From assembly GCF_027921745.1 (NCBI RefSeq), contig NC_079239.1, forward strand, positions 1,736,001-1,800,000: a stretch of 64,000 bases of DNA, read 5' to 3'. Position 1 is the stretch's first letter; the number at the start of each line of letters is the position of its first letter. Below are positions 23,772 to 34,517 of the stretch, one piece after another. The notes under the pieces are model-generated. The model worked only from the letters and a program-made list of their open reading frames with translations. It was not told the origin of the DNA and ran no database searches. Source of the stretch: Schizosaccharomyces osmophilus (taxonomy: Eukaryota). Position numbers and translations under genes: made by a program.

Positions 23772-24554
23772 GTTATTAAAAATAGCTTGTCGATTTTTCT
23801 CAAGTTGTGTTTCGATTTTTCCTTTTAAGAACTTCTAATGGGTGTTTGTAATTTTCCATATTTATAATAATCGCTTTTTTAAAAGGGATGATTGATTTCC
23901 GCTTTTACTATCCTCTGCATTGTTTTAAATCATGATTTCTGTTTTCTAATTTCTTTTGATCGATTGACTGAGGGTAGTTTACTTTTGGCTTGATGGTTTA
24001 CGTTGACTATTTTCTATTATATTATTACCTTTTTGATGTCTTCCTGTTTTGTCTTATATTTTACTTTGTCTTCTATGCTGTTTGTCGTTGTAAAGTTTTA
24101 TTGTCGATATTTTATCGTTGCCCTCCTTGTTTTAAGTTATTGTCGTTTTTAGCGAATTAGGGGTTTTACCTTACTTCGTCATTTTGTTTATTTTTCTCTA
24201 TTCATTTGACGTTTTTTTCGAACTTTTCTCTTTTCTCATTGTTCATAGAATAAATTACAGTGTTTTATCATCTTGAACCCAGTAATAGCAGATATGTGTA
24301 GATTGATAGGTTTTCTGTAATCCCACTCTGTGGGCAAGTGAAGAAATAGTGAGGATTGTATAACAGCGAAACTTCTATTTTTAACATTGAAAATACTATA
24401 AAGAAATTTGAAATGTGTAGATTATAAGCGCGTCGCTTTTTTGATTTATTTTTATTGTAGCGAGAGACGTTGCTTCATTTTAAAAAGTGAGAAATCAAGC
24501 AGACTGGACATCATATTCTTCAAGTTTGGATTTGGAAGAGAAAGTAGAGAGAAA

Positions 24555-25794
24555 ATGAGGTCTTCTTTAAAAAAAGCAAAGCCAAAAATCATTCAAACTA
24601 GCGACAATGAAGAAGAAGAAGAAAAAGGCAGTGATATGGCTATGAGTCTTTCAAATCGTACGTACGAAAAAGTAAATGAAGCCAAAGAGGGAACAAGGAT
24701 TACTAAATGATTGTAGAAAAACCATCCATCAGGAAGTCCAAGAAAAGGCCGCTCGCGAAAGGAGTCAAGCCAATCGACTTACAAGATGAGGTATGGCATG
24801 ATTGATGAAAAATGTAAACTAATGCATAAACAGGAACTCAATGAAGGCCTTACAGAAAATGAGAAAGGAACACCATTACCTAGAGTGAAAAAGCCGAATC
24901 CTATCGCGACGACACACGATTTGTAAGTTTTTTATTTTTTTTGAAATTGTGAAGGGACAGGGCTAACGAGTGAATTTATTTAGAATATCCAGAAGAAGAG
25001 AGGAATTAAATTCATCCAGTGGATATACCGAAAGCTATGTTAATGAATTAAAATCGAAGAGTCGGCAAACTCCAGTTCAGTATACCGATCAAGGGCAGCT
25101 TAGAAAAGAGGAGCCCTTAAACAAAAATCAAGAGAGCGCTAGCTCACGTATGCTAAATCAAGGAATTTCTGAGGCTTCAATGATACAAGAATTAAGAGAC
25201 CGCAAAGAACGACAGAGAAATATTGGAATGATGGACGATAATTATATTGCTTTGGACACCGGTCAGCAGGTGTACCTTCCTGGAAAAACCGGTAACGAAG
25301 ATCGACTACTGCAACATGAAGATGAAGTGGAGGACGAGGGTTATAATGGGTACAACACGTTTGTGGAAGATGAAAAGAGTCTTCGAGAACTACATCGGTA
25401 TAGTCCAGAGACGTTACGAAAAAGATCTATTCAAAATGCGCTCGAAGAAAACGATAAATCCATGGATGAGGGCGAGGACATTACTATGACTGATCCCATT
25501 CATGCATGGGAGCAAGCTCAGATTCAAAAAGGAGCATTTGCAGATCCTTCTAGCTTAGCCCAGCTCCCTCCTAGGTTTCCAAATATACTTACTATTGAAG
25601 AACAAAAACAACGATTGAAAGAAGCTGTGGCTTCTGAGAAACTTCAACAAGAAGAACGTGCAGAAATTATGAAGGGCTTACTCGACCAAGAGAATGAGAT
25701 TCTACAAGCGGAAGAAAGAATTCAACAATCTTTTATGGAGCTAAATAGTCGTATGCTTGAAAATATGCAATCTGCTACCTCTTCTTCCTCTTAA
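24555..25794 (+). CDS. ntr2: spliceosome disassembly factor Ntr2-like, 4 exons
   Basis: Exons 24555-24657, 24717-24790, 24834-24922 and 24984-25794 splice in frame. Motifs YTESYVNELK, DNYIAL, WEQAQIQKG and a C-terminal coiled coil. Confidence 0.75.
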
Positions 25795-25904
25795 TACTCT
25801 TGGGTGTATATTGTATATGAATTTTATCGAATGTTTATGCATGTAGATCTTTTTTTTCAGGTCATTATCACGGCAAAATACTCCATATACTATGACAAAG
25901 GAAG

Positions 25905-26391
25905 TGTAATACAAGGGTAATTGCTTTTGACATTAACAATAAAGTCTTCTCTATATTCGTCACTAAAGATCTAGGGTCTGTACTCATTTGTTTATTCAGA
26001 CGATTCAAACAAGTCGGATGGTCTACAAAAAATAGACCACTTGTCCGTGTAGGACACGTGTATAAGTTGTTGTCGTTTACGATTGACGCATAGTGCGACG
26101 CTATATATCCATGGTAGTCAGACAAGTGAGAATTGATATCCTCAACTGGTATGTCGGATTCTCCTGATTAACTAAATACGCCCGCGAAACTCTCGCTTAC
26201 CACCAGAGTGTATTTCGTACCTACTGGACTGGTATAGTTAGTGCTTAAGATGCCTTCTATCTCTCTCATTGTTAGGTCCCTTGTTGAGGATCCCCTATAG
26301 ACCTGGCGTTGTCAAGTAATCTATAATTGCAGATAAATCTGGTAATGGCGACAATAAAAGTGAGCTACAAAGGAGCTTGGTATCAATAACA
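25905..26391 (-). mobile_element. candidate degenerate solo LTR
   Basis: About 490 bp of base-balanced non-coding sequence, bounded TGTTAT...ATTACA on the minus strand, with an internal TATATA followed by AATAAA. No clean target-site duplication. Confidence 0.3.
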
Positions 26392-26652
26392 TGGTGAGAA
26401 ATACGAAGGCCATTATATTTAACATAGAGCAAGACTTTTACGTTTCCACCCTCAATCAACTACTCAAACATGAAAAAATTTTTTGTTTACAAGTATGTAT
26501 TTTCTCTTATAAATCGAGAATTGAGAATTCATTCCTTTCCGTCAACTTTGAAATTTCAATCTTTGAAAACAAGTAACATGTTATTTATTAATCAAAACCG
26601 TGAAATTGGCTACAGACTCAAATAGCCAAAAACTTCACAAGGCATAGCTTCA

Positions 26653-27253
26653 ATGGGTTCCAAGAGAAGTTATTCCTCTTTAAATTACGATGTTTCGAGA
26701 AAAAGGGTGTTGGATCTCTTGGAGGTTCCTTTAAAGAAACTCACAATTGAAGATCCATCAAGTGGTATGCAAGATATAAAATCGAAAATCTATTTTTAGG
26801 CTATGATTTTATTTATTTATTTATTGATATTGATACTAACCGTTGTGTGTAGACCTTGATGTCGATATGGTTCATCGTAATCGGATTGCCTATTACAAAA
26901 ACAAATACACCGTCGTCGTCGAAGATTTGGATGCTGAAATTGAGGAAGAAGAAGATGATAAAAAGAAAAACAGTTCTTTGAGTACACCGGAACAATCCAG
27001 ATTAAAGCTTTCGGTTATATCTCCTTTAGAGAAAAAGCTGAAACGAGATCTATATTGCCTCCTCTATCAACGTCCTTCTATGAAAACGGAGTTGCCTCGT
27101 TCTGACTACTCTATTAGCTCTAAATATGCATCTTCCGCTGACTTGCCAGAAGCAGAAAAGCTATTCGAAGAAGGAAGGTCATCCTTCAATACGACCCGTG
27201 GAAACGCCTCTTGCAAATCACTCCGATTCTCATGCGACCTTGATTTGGGATAA
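26653..27253 (+). CDS. small lineage-specific protein, 2 exons
   Basis: Exon 26653-26764 (MGSKRSYSSLNYDVSRKRVLDLLEVPLKKLTIEDPSS) splices in frame through GTATGC...ACTAAC...TAG to 26853-27253. No recognisable domain. Confidence 0.7.
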
Positions 27254-27661
27254 GTTCGAAACAAAGCATTATTTGTCACGATTTCTTCAACCCTTTGCAA
27301 ATTCCAGTGCGGTAAAATCAATCAACACAACTGAATCGGAGCACTCAAATGCATTGGTGTGCACTCATATACTATATGGAACAAACTTCACATTCGCTTT
27401 ATTTATTAAGTTTTCTATCTTCTTTATTTGTTCCAATTTTTGGTGGTTTTTATTGTTGGACCCTTATTTACCGTAGTACAATGCTTGACCTAATCTGAAT
27501 TTATATGAGCACTATGCCTTACGCATGAACCCGTTTTCTTCACTTCAATTTGGGATTCCTAGCATAGTCTTCTTCTGTTATTTATGTCTTGTTTAATGGA
27601 GTTTTAAAATAAAAATTTTATCACTGATTGCTCTGTTTTATGAGAAATCGCGAGTAGAGAT

Positions 27662-30600
27662 ATGCCTTCAAACCCGTACGAATTAAAGTTGAATAATCAC
27701 AGTGATAGTAATCGAAAACTATCTCTAAGCATTCCACGATCAAGGTCTTCGACTGGAAGCTCGTCAGTGAACATTGAATCAACTAGTGCGCAAGTTGAAT
27801 CATCCAGCCATGCAATCGCAAACTCTACTCTGTTTAAAGACAAAAAGTTTCAATGGAATAAGTATTGGCTAAGATGGGGACGTTTAAGAAGAGTTTCAGA
27901 GCAATTGCAATCCTCAACGTTGGAACCAAACTCACCTTTAGGGACTGGTACTTGTATTACTCATTCTGGAAATTTGTTGGCGGTGGGAACTTCCAACGGT
28001 TGCGTTATATTGAATGATTTAAAAAGTAATACGTCGTATATGCTGGTTCCTGAATTTTCTGGTTCCGAAAGTCCTCTGATGCCGGTAACCTGTCTTGCTA
28101 TTGCACATACTCATAAAGTGCTTTGTCAAGGACACGCAGATGGGACCTTGTTTGTATGGGATTTGACTCATTCCCCTCCGATTCAACGACATGCCATCCG
28201 TCAACTCATGCAGGAAGAATCTGTAGTAACGCATTTAATCTTCAATGGAGTATCCGATAATGTACTCTTATCCGCAAATGCTGCTGGAAAAATGTTTGTT
28301 CATGAATTTTACAATCTTTTAATCAATAAACACCATTCAACCTGGGAATACTGCTTTCCGGACGTTCAACCTACGTTTGTTGATCGTTTGGTCGTCGATG
28401 CTTCAAGCATTTCCTTTGAAGAATCATATCTAACGTCTGTGAAACATACTTCATTCCTCTTTCTCCAAACCCTTTCTTGTCTTCGCATCATTTCCCTTCT
28501 CCCTAAAATATCGTTAGTTTATAAAGTAAGGTATTCCGATAATGAGGTTACCTCTGCTTGCCACGCTGTTTCTTCCTTTATTGTCTCAACCTCTGGGTCT
28601 AGATCTAGGACCAGAGCTTTCTTTTGCGTTGGATACAATACTCATATACGCGTATATGCGTTAACCTTTTACCAGGGTGTGTTATCGGCAGAACTATTAA
28701 ACAAAGCGAATTTTGACTCTCCCGTATGGAAGATATGGTATCTCCCTAATAGTAACATTATTTTTGTTTTGCTAAATGATAAAAGAATACTGTTTTTAAA
28801 TGGCATCAACCTAGTTGTCATGGGTGTATCTTCATTGTCCGAATATAAACTCCTCACTTGGGATTGGTATCAATCAGCGTTAACGATGCAAGGAATTCCT
28901 CATATTGTCTTTCCATATATTAGTTCAAGCTTTACTATATCTCCGAGGTACTTATTTTTTCTTACTCCTGAATCGGTCATTGTGGGTACATTCATTTCAC
29001 CGAATGATCAACTACAGGTTGCATCTGAGAAAAACAATGTAAAGGATACGCTTAAATTAGGACTTTATTATCATGCGAACTCGAGTTTATTTAGCAAATT
29101 TTACTACCCGCCTGATTTACGCCATAAGTTAATGAGTTTGCTGAAGAATTATATCTGCTTATTAATAAAGAGCTTTCCTTCATTTCTGTCTGTGGAATCA
29201 TCTAGCGTTGACCTTCTTTCTCCACAAGATGCGTTAGAACAATTGCTGCAGCGAGCTGAATTCAATAATCCGGGCTGTTACAATCTCGTGCTTTATTGTT
29301 TAAAAGTCGCCCACCTTCTTAAAGATTTGGATTCTTTATTAGATTATATTCTACCTCGCTTTGCCGAAGCAGATGTTTCTTACGTTGTTATGGAAGCATT
29401 ACTGGATTTAGTACTCCAGCAGAGTTTCAAAACACCTTCTCCTGAATTACAAAAATTATTGCTTCTATATTTGGAAAATAATGGAAGGCTAGCTTTTGCT
29501 GATAGATTGATACCTGCAATTGAACATCGATATTTGGATCTCGATTTTTCAACCAAATTTTCTTCTTCTAAAGGACTATTTAATTCCCTGTGTTACGTTT
29601 CGATTTATGCATTCAATGATTACTCCATGCCTCTTGTTAATTTTCTTAATTTATTAGTTGAAGATTTTAAAAATCCATCTGAATGGATTGAATATTGTGT
29701 GAATAATGGCTTTCAATATTTATTATATTCCCTCACTGGATTCAAGTACCCCCTATGCGAACCCAATGGAATAAATGAAGCGTACACTGTCACACATACC
29801 CTTTTAAAAATAATTTTCTCCCCCAACATATTACCTTTCAAATTATCGGTTCCCGAATCAGGTTCTTTTCCTTATCTTCGCCTCTTTGTTAAGAAAAGGG
29901 CAAGGTCATTTTTTGAGTGCATGGAAAATGCTTTTGACTCTCCTTATTTCTCTTTAGACAAGGTAAACATTGCTAAACAGTCCGTTGATACTGTAACTCG
30001 TCAATGGGTAATTGAGTGTCTATCACAAATATTTGATACTGCCAATTTTCAATGTGATAGCTATTACATTTTTCTCGCGAATACAGTTGCTAAGTACTCC
30101 AAACAAATTTTACTTCCACAGTCATTTTACCTCAGAATTATGGAAGGTCTATGTAGCATTGAAAGCTATCATAAAGATAGCCGGGACACTCAGAAAGCTG
30201 TCGAAAACTTGCTTTTAGTTTATGATCCTCCGAACATTGAAAATCTGCTAGACTGTTTCTGGAATAACCACTTTTACCATGCTATTATGACTGTGAGTTA
30301 TAGCCATAGCTTTTTTGACTCTTATTTCAGAGCAGTTTTAGCCTTGTGGGATCAAAAAAAATTTTCTCTATTGATCTTCAAGTCCTCTGAAGCTTTGATC
30401 ACGATGCTGTTTGATAACCTAAGAATTTTAAAATCCATGCCTGTTCGTTATAACAAATATGTCAAATGTTTAACATTTTTCACCACGGATCTACTAAATA
30501 TCGACAATGTTACGTTTTTAAGATTGGCTTCAAGTCGGTTAGACAAATCACTTCCTGAAATGATTGAGAATATCTCCGCTAAGACTGTCACCATACAAGC

Positions 30601-31474
30601 ATTGGAGATTTTATATAAGCTATCCACGTATGAAAATTTGCTCCAGTGGTTTGGCCATCGTCGTTTGCTATCTTTTTTCGAAATAGTTTCTGCTACTTCT
30701 GGGGATTATGCTGTACTAACATTATTACAAAGTTCGCCAGATTTTAAAAATTTGGATGGACTGATAAATGTTTTTTTACATTATAATTGCTTAGAGGCAA
30801 GTATTTACGTTTATCGAGAACTAAAGCAGTATAATCATGCTTTATCTCAAGTTCTGAAATATGTTCAAACAAGGGTTTTCCATGAATCAATTAATGAGTT
30901 GAAGAAGGTTGTACCAAAAAATATGGAACGCGAAACTTATTATCTTCAGATCGTCGTGCCACTATATCAAGCGTGCTTAAGTTGTCTTCCACCGGAAGAA
31001 GCAGCTAATCTGTGGTTACAGCTTGTGTTCAGCTTGATAAATGTTTATGCAAATTTATCTCGTACTTCTTCACAAAATGGTTCAAATGTCTTACTGTCAT
31101 TTGAAGAAAAAGTTTTGAACTGCATTGAGGGTTTATTAAATACTTTTCTTGAGTTGGTACAGCCGAACAAGAGCTTGTTAAATTCTGTGCTTATAAAAAT
31201 TTGCGCAAAGTCATCTGAAAGTCGCGAATGCAACACGTATATGCGGGATCTATTGCTTAAATTTATGACTGATGTTCACGTAAGCTGCGATTTATATCGA
31301 GAGTGCTCTTTACTTTGGGACAGGAAGCAGTTTTATGATACGAAGAGCTCTTTAAGTAAATGTACAATGGGAGTGCTAATAGATGAACCAGACAAAACCA
31401 AAGACATGGCTTCAAAGAAACAGAGGATAAAGGTTCTACTTTCTGGGCAAATTCTTCCATGTAGTAATGAATAA
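27662..31474 (+). CDS. vps8: CORVET complex subunit Vps8
   Basis: 1270 aa ORF with N-terminal WD40-like repeats (LAVGTSNG, QGHADGTLFVWD), a central Vps8 region (LDLD...AFNDYSMPL) and an alpha-solenoid. Confidence 0.85.
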   Translation: MPSNPYELKLNNHSDSNRKLSLSIPRSRSSTGSSSVNIESTSAQVESSSHAIANSTLFKDKKFQWNKYWLRWGRLRRVSEQLQSSTLEPNSPLGTGTCITHSGNLLAVGTSNGCVILNDLKSNTSYMLVPEFSGSESPLMPVTCLAIAHTHKVLCQGHADGTLFVWDLTHSPPIQRHAIRQLMQEESVVTHLIFNGVSDNVLLSANAAGKMFVHEFYNLLINKHHSTWEYCFPDVQPTFVDRLVVDASSISFEESYLTSVKHTSFLFLQTLSCLRIISLLPKISLVYKVRYSDNEVTSACHAVSSFIVSTSGSRSRTRAFFCVGYNTHIRVYALTFYQGVLSAELLNKANFDSPVWKIWYLPNSNIIFVLLNDKRILFLNGINLVVMGVSSLSEYKLLTWDWYQSALTMQGIPHIVFPYISSSFTISPRYLFFLTPESVIVGTFISPNDQLQVASEKNNVKDTLKLGLYYHANSSLFSKFYYPPDLRHKLMSLLKNYICLLIKSFPSFLSVESSSVDLLSPQDALEQLLQRAEFNNPGCYNLVLYCLKVAHLLKDLDSLLDYILPRFAEADVSYVVMEALLDLVLQQSFKTPSPELQKLLLLYLENNGRLAFADRLIPAIEHRYLDLDFSTKFSSSKGLFNSLCYVSIYAFNDYSMPLVNFLNLLVEDFKNPSEWIEYCVNNGFQYLLYSLTGFKYPLCEPNGINEAYTVTHTLLKIIFSPNILPFKLSVPESGSFPYLRLFVKKRARSFFECMENAFDSPYFSLDKVNIAKQSVDTVTRQWVIECLSQIFDTANFQCDSYYIFLANTVAKYSKQILLPQSFYLRIMEGLCSIESYHKDSRDTQKAVENLLLVYDPPNIENLLDCFWNNHFYHAIMTVSYSHSFFDSYFRAVLALWDQKKFSLLIFKSSEALITMLFDNLRILKSMPVRYNKYVKCLTFFTTDLLNIDNVTFLRLASSRLDKSLPEMIENISAKTVTIQALEILYKLSTYENLLQWFGHRRLLSFFEIVSATSGDYAVLTLLQSSPDFKNLDGLINVFLHYNCLEASIYVYRELKQYNHALSQVLKYVQTRVFHESINELKKVVPKNMERETYYLQIVVPLYQACLSCLPPEEAANLWLQLVFSLINVYANLSRTSSQNGSNVLLSFEEKVLNCIEGLLNTFLELVQPNKSLLNSVLIKICAKSSESRECNTYMRDLLLKFMTDVHVSCDLYRECSLLWDRKQFYDTKSSLSKCTMGVLIDEPDKTKDMASKKQRIKVLLSGQILPCSNE

Positions 31475-31817
31475 ATGTGCGGCAATGATTATGATGTTTT
31501 ATAAATTAAATAATAACTTTTCAATTATCGATACATGATGACCCGTGTACTTTCTGTTCTCTAACGTTTATTTAATAAATAAATAATAATTCTTTATAGT
31601 GTATGAAAAAGTTATAGTATATGTTTAAAATGCAAAAAAAAAAATTCATTATCCATAAACAACAAAATAGAGATGAATTGAAGGTAGCAGCTCTCTTCTT
31701 TAAACGAGTTCAAACCACTGTTGTATTCCTAATTCAAAATGTCAAAAAAAAAAATTTATAGAGGAAAATATTTAACATTGAAATTAACAATTCATTAGAC
31801 GATATATCTCGGTAAAC

Positions 31818-33644
31818 CTAACTGGAACGAGAGGTTTCTTTAGCAGCAGAAATTAGACGTGTAAGCATCTCACCTGCAGCTCCTTGACCGGCCAACCGGC
31901 CGAATACAACGCAAGCAAGTAAACTACTTCCTCCCAAACGATTTTCACCATGAAGGCCACCAACAATTTCACCTGCCGCGAACAATCCTTCAATTGGGTG
32001 ACCTTCCTTAGACAAGACTCTAGCTTGTGAATCTGCCTGTACACCACCCATTGTGTAGTGTAAAACAGGCTCAACCTGACCAATATAGAATTTGTCTGAA
32101 ATATCAAAGGGTTCTTTTCCAAACTGCTCTCTTCCAAACACGTCTTTTAATTCACCTTGAGAGGCTTTGTTAACCATAGAAAATGTACTTTCGAGGTCCT
32201 TAGTTGTACAATTAAGAATCTTCGAAAGCTCTTCAATATCAACTTCCCGCATGAGTCCTTTGAAACTGTAGAATTTGACAAAGTTGGCAACATCGGGAAC
32301 ACACTTGGCAGGTATAACTAATTGGACCGGAGTGTTCAGCTTCATCATTTCGGCAGTGACATAGTCACGATATCCAAGTTCATTGCAAAAGCGTTTTCCC
32401 TTATCTGTCATTAGAACCGCACCAGAGCCACGGAGAGCCTCGGCAGCTAGGAATTTTGTCATGGAAGAAGGATCTTTGGGGTCAACCCAACCAGTGGGAT
32501 GAATTTGAATGAGATCCAAGTCTATGGTATTTCCACCAATTGACATAACCATTTTATGACCATCACCGGTGCAATAAGGCCCATTTGTGGTGCTTAATTT
32601 GAGGGCCTCAGGGTGATGCAATTTTAAAAGAGATTCATCCGTAAAATCAGCAGCATACCCACCGGTAGCAAGCACCACAGGTCCATAGACGGAATGGAGG
32701 GTTCTGTCATTCAAATCCTCATATTCTGCACCAACGACTGTTAATTTAGAAGAGTCGGTGATTAGACGAGTAACACGAGTATTTTTCTTTATTTGCAAAC
32801 GATCTGGATGCGCAACGGAAAACTTTTCAGTTTTGTCAGCAATAACAAATGCCAAAGGTTTAAAAGGATAATCCGGGTGACTTCCACGATGAGTACGAGC
32901 TTGGCTGTGGCCGGCCAAAAGAGAAAGTTCATTCATTTGAAGACCAAAGCGTTCCGTTAACCAATTGACAGCGCTGCCAGATTTACTTGTCAGCGTGTGG
33001 AGTAACTTTGGATTGGCTTTGGATTTGGCTGAAAGGATGGAATCATTATAAAACGTGTTTACGCTGTCTGGAATGTTTTGATCAAATTGAAGTTGAGTAG
33101 CAGCAGCGTTGATTCCACTAGCGGCTTTTACACTATTTCCACCGAAAGCAACTATTGTTTCAGGTTAGTCATTGTTTAATCGATAAGACAGATACAATCA
33201 ATCCATTCACAAAGAGAGAAATAAAGTGAGTCAATGCAACCCGACAAGTATGTGTCTACATGCTTGTAAAGTCACATCTATACACACGTCAATAAGTTTA
33301 TTGCATATAAGGAAACAAGAAGCATCATCGTGTCATTTCACATCGTGGCAGAATCAAATTTGTCCATGAAGACAATGGACGTCTCTTGTTCCTTACGAAT
33401 CCTTCTTAGCAAACTTCATGACTGTTCCTTCTTATTCATGCATACTGTTTTTGTCCAAAAGTAAAACATTTCCCCCCAATTCCAAGATAGTATTTGTAGC
33501 AGAGAGACCAGCTAAACCTCCGCCTATAACAATTGCCTGTGTACTGTTGTTCGCTGTCGACATACTTGGCTTGCTTTTGAATGCTGCTTTTGCAAAAAGT
33601 AATCCGAGGACAGCAAACAGGGTTGTCGTTCTCTTAAATAACAT
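31818..33644 (-). CDS. osm1: FAD-dependent fumarate reductase Osm1, 2 exons
   Basis: Exon 33644-33446 carries the Rossmann motif IVIGGGLAGL. After a 294 nt intron (GTATGC...ACTAAC...TAG), exon 33151-31818 carries GGNSVKAASGIN, HPTG, HYTMGG and GENRLGGSSL. Confidence 0.93.
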
Positions 33645-34162
33645 AGCAGAATAATTCAAGTCGGATGAATGACATGGAAGAATTCTAGAAAAAAAGGTCT
33701 GATGTTTTCGGGTTTTTTTTTTTTTTTTTTTTTACATTGTCTTACGATAAAATTGCAATGCGCAAGCATACCGAACCTGAAGGAGATGAAGTCAAACAGA
33801 ATTTGAAGAACAACAAAAGCAACGAGGAAGAACCGTTGATAATAATTAATTCATAATAAGTTAGATGTCATGAACTTGGATATACTACGTTGTTCATTTC
33901 GAAAACAATTCTATTTCAAGGTCCTTAGACAAACCACCAAGACAGAAAAGCAGAACCTTGAACTGTATGAACTTTAGTACAGACAACCAAGGCTTGTTCT
34001 AAGTGAGTTATCATTACCCTCTTTCAGCGCAAGATTGGCGTGGAGCGGTGGAAAGGCAACAGTACGTCCAGAAGATGTATTTCCGCAAGAAATTGGCTTT
34101 TCTTTTCTTTTTTCAAGATAATTTTTTATTCTTATATACATTTTTATTGCAATAACCAACAA

Positions 34163-34235
34163 GGCCGCTTAACTCAGTTGGTAGAGTGTGAGATTCCAAA
34201 TCTTGAAGTCAAGTGTTCAAGTCACTTAGTGGTCA
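34163..34235 (+). tRNA. tRNA-Trp(CCA)
   Basis: 73 nt cloverleaf GGCCGCTTAACTCAGTTGGTAGAGTGTGAGATTCCAAATCTTGAAGTCAAGTGTTCAAGTCACTTAGTGGTCA, followed by a T7 terminator. Confidence 0.95.
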
Positions 34236-34517
34236 TTTTTTTGTATACCTACAAAATTAGTGGAATTTTTTTTCGTCTTTTAATTCAAAGAGCTCTTTAA
34301 AACATTATTTATTTTTATTGTTCTATTGGATTCATTTTCTGAGTTTGGAACAGCCAACTTTGCTTTTGTTTCCGTAAGACTTTCAATCTATGTTCCCTTT
34401 TGTTGCCCATACCAGCCCTGGACATTGGTGACATACTGAGAGAATTGGTTTGGATTTTCAGCAAGAAAAACGAGAGGAACTAAAATCCCATAAGAAAAAG
34501 AGAAATTTTTATTCATT

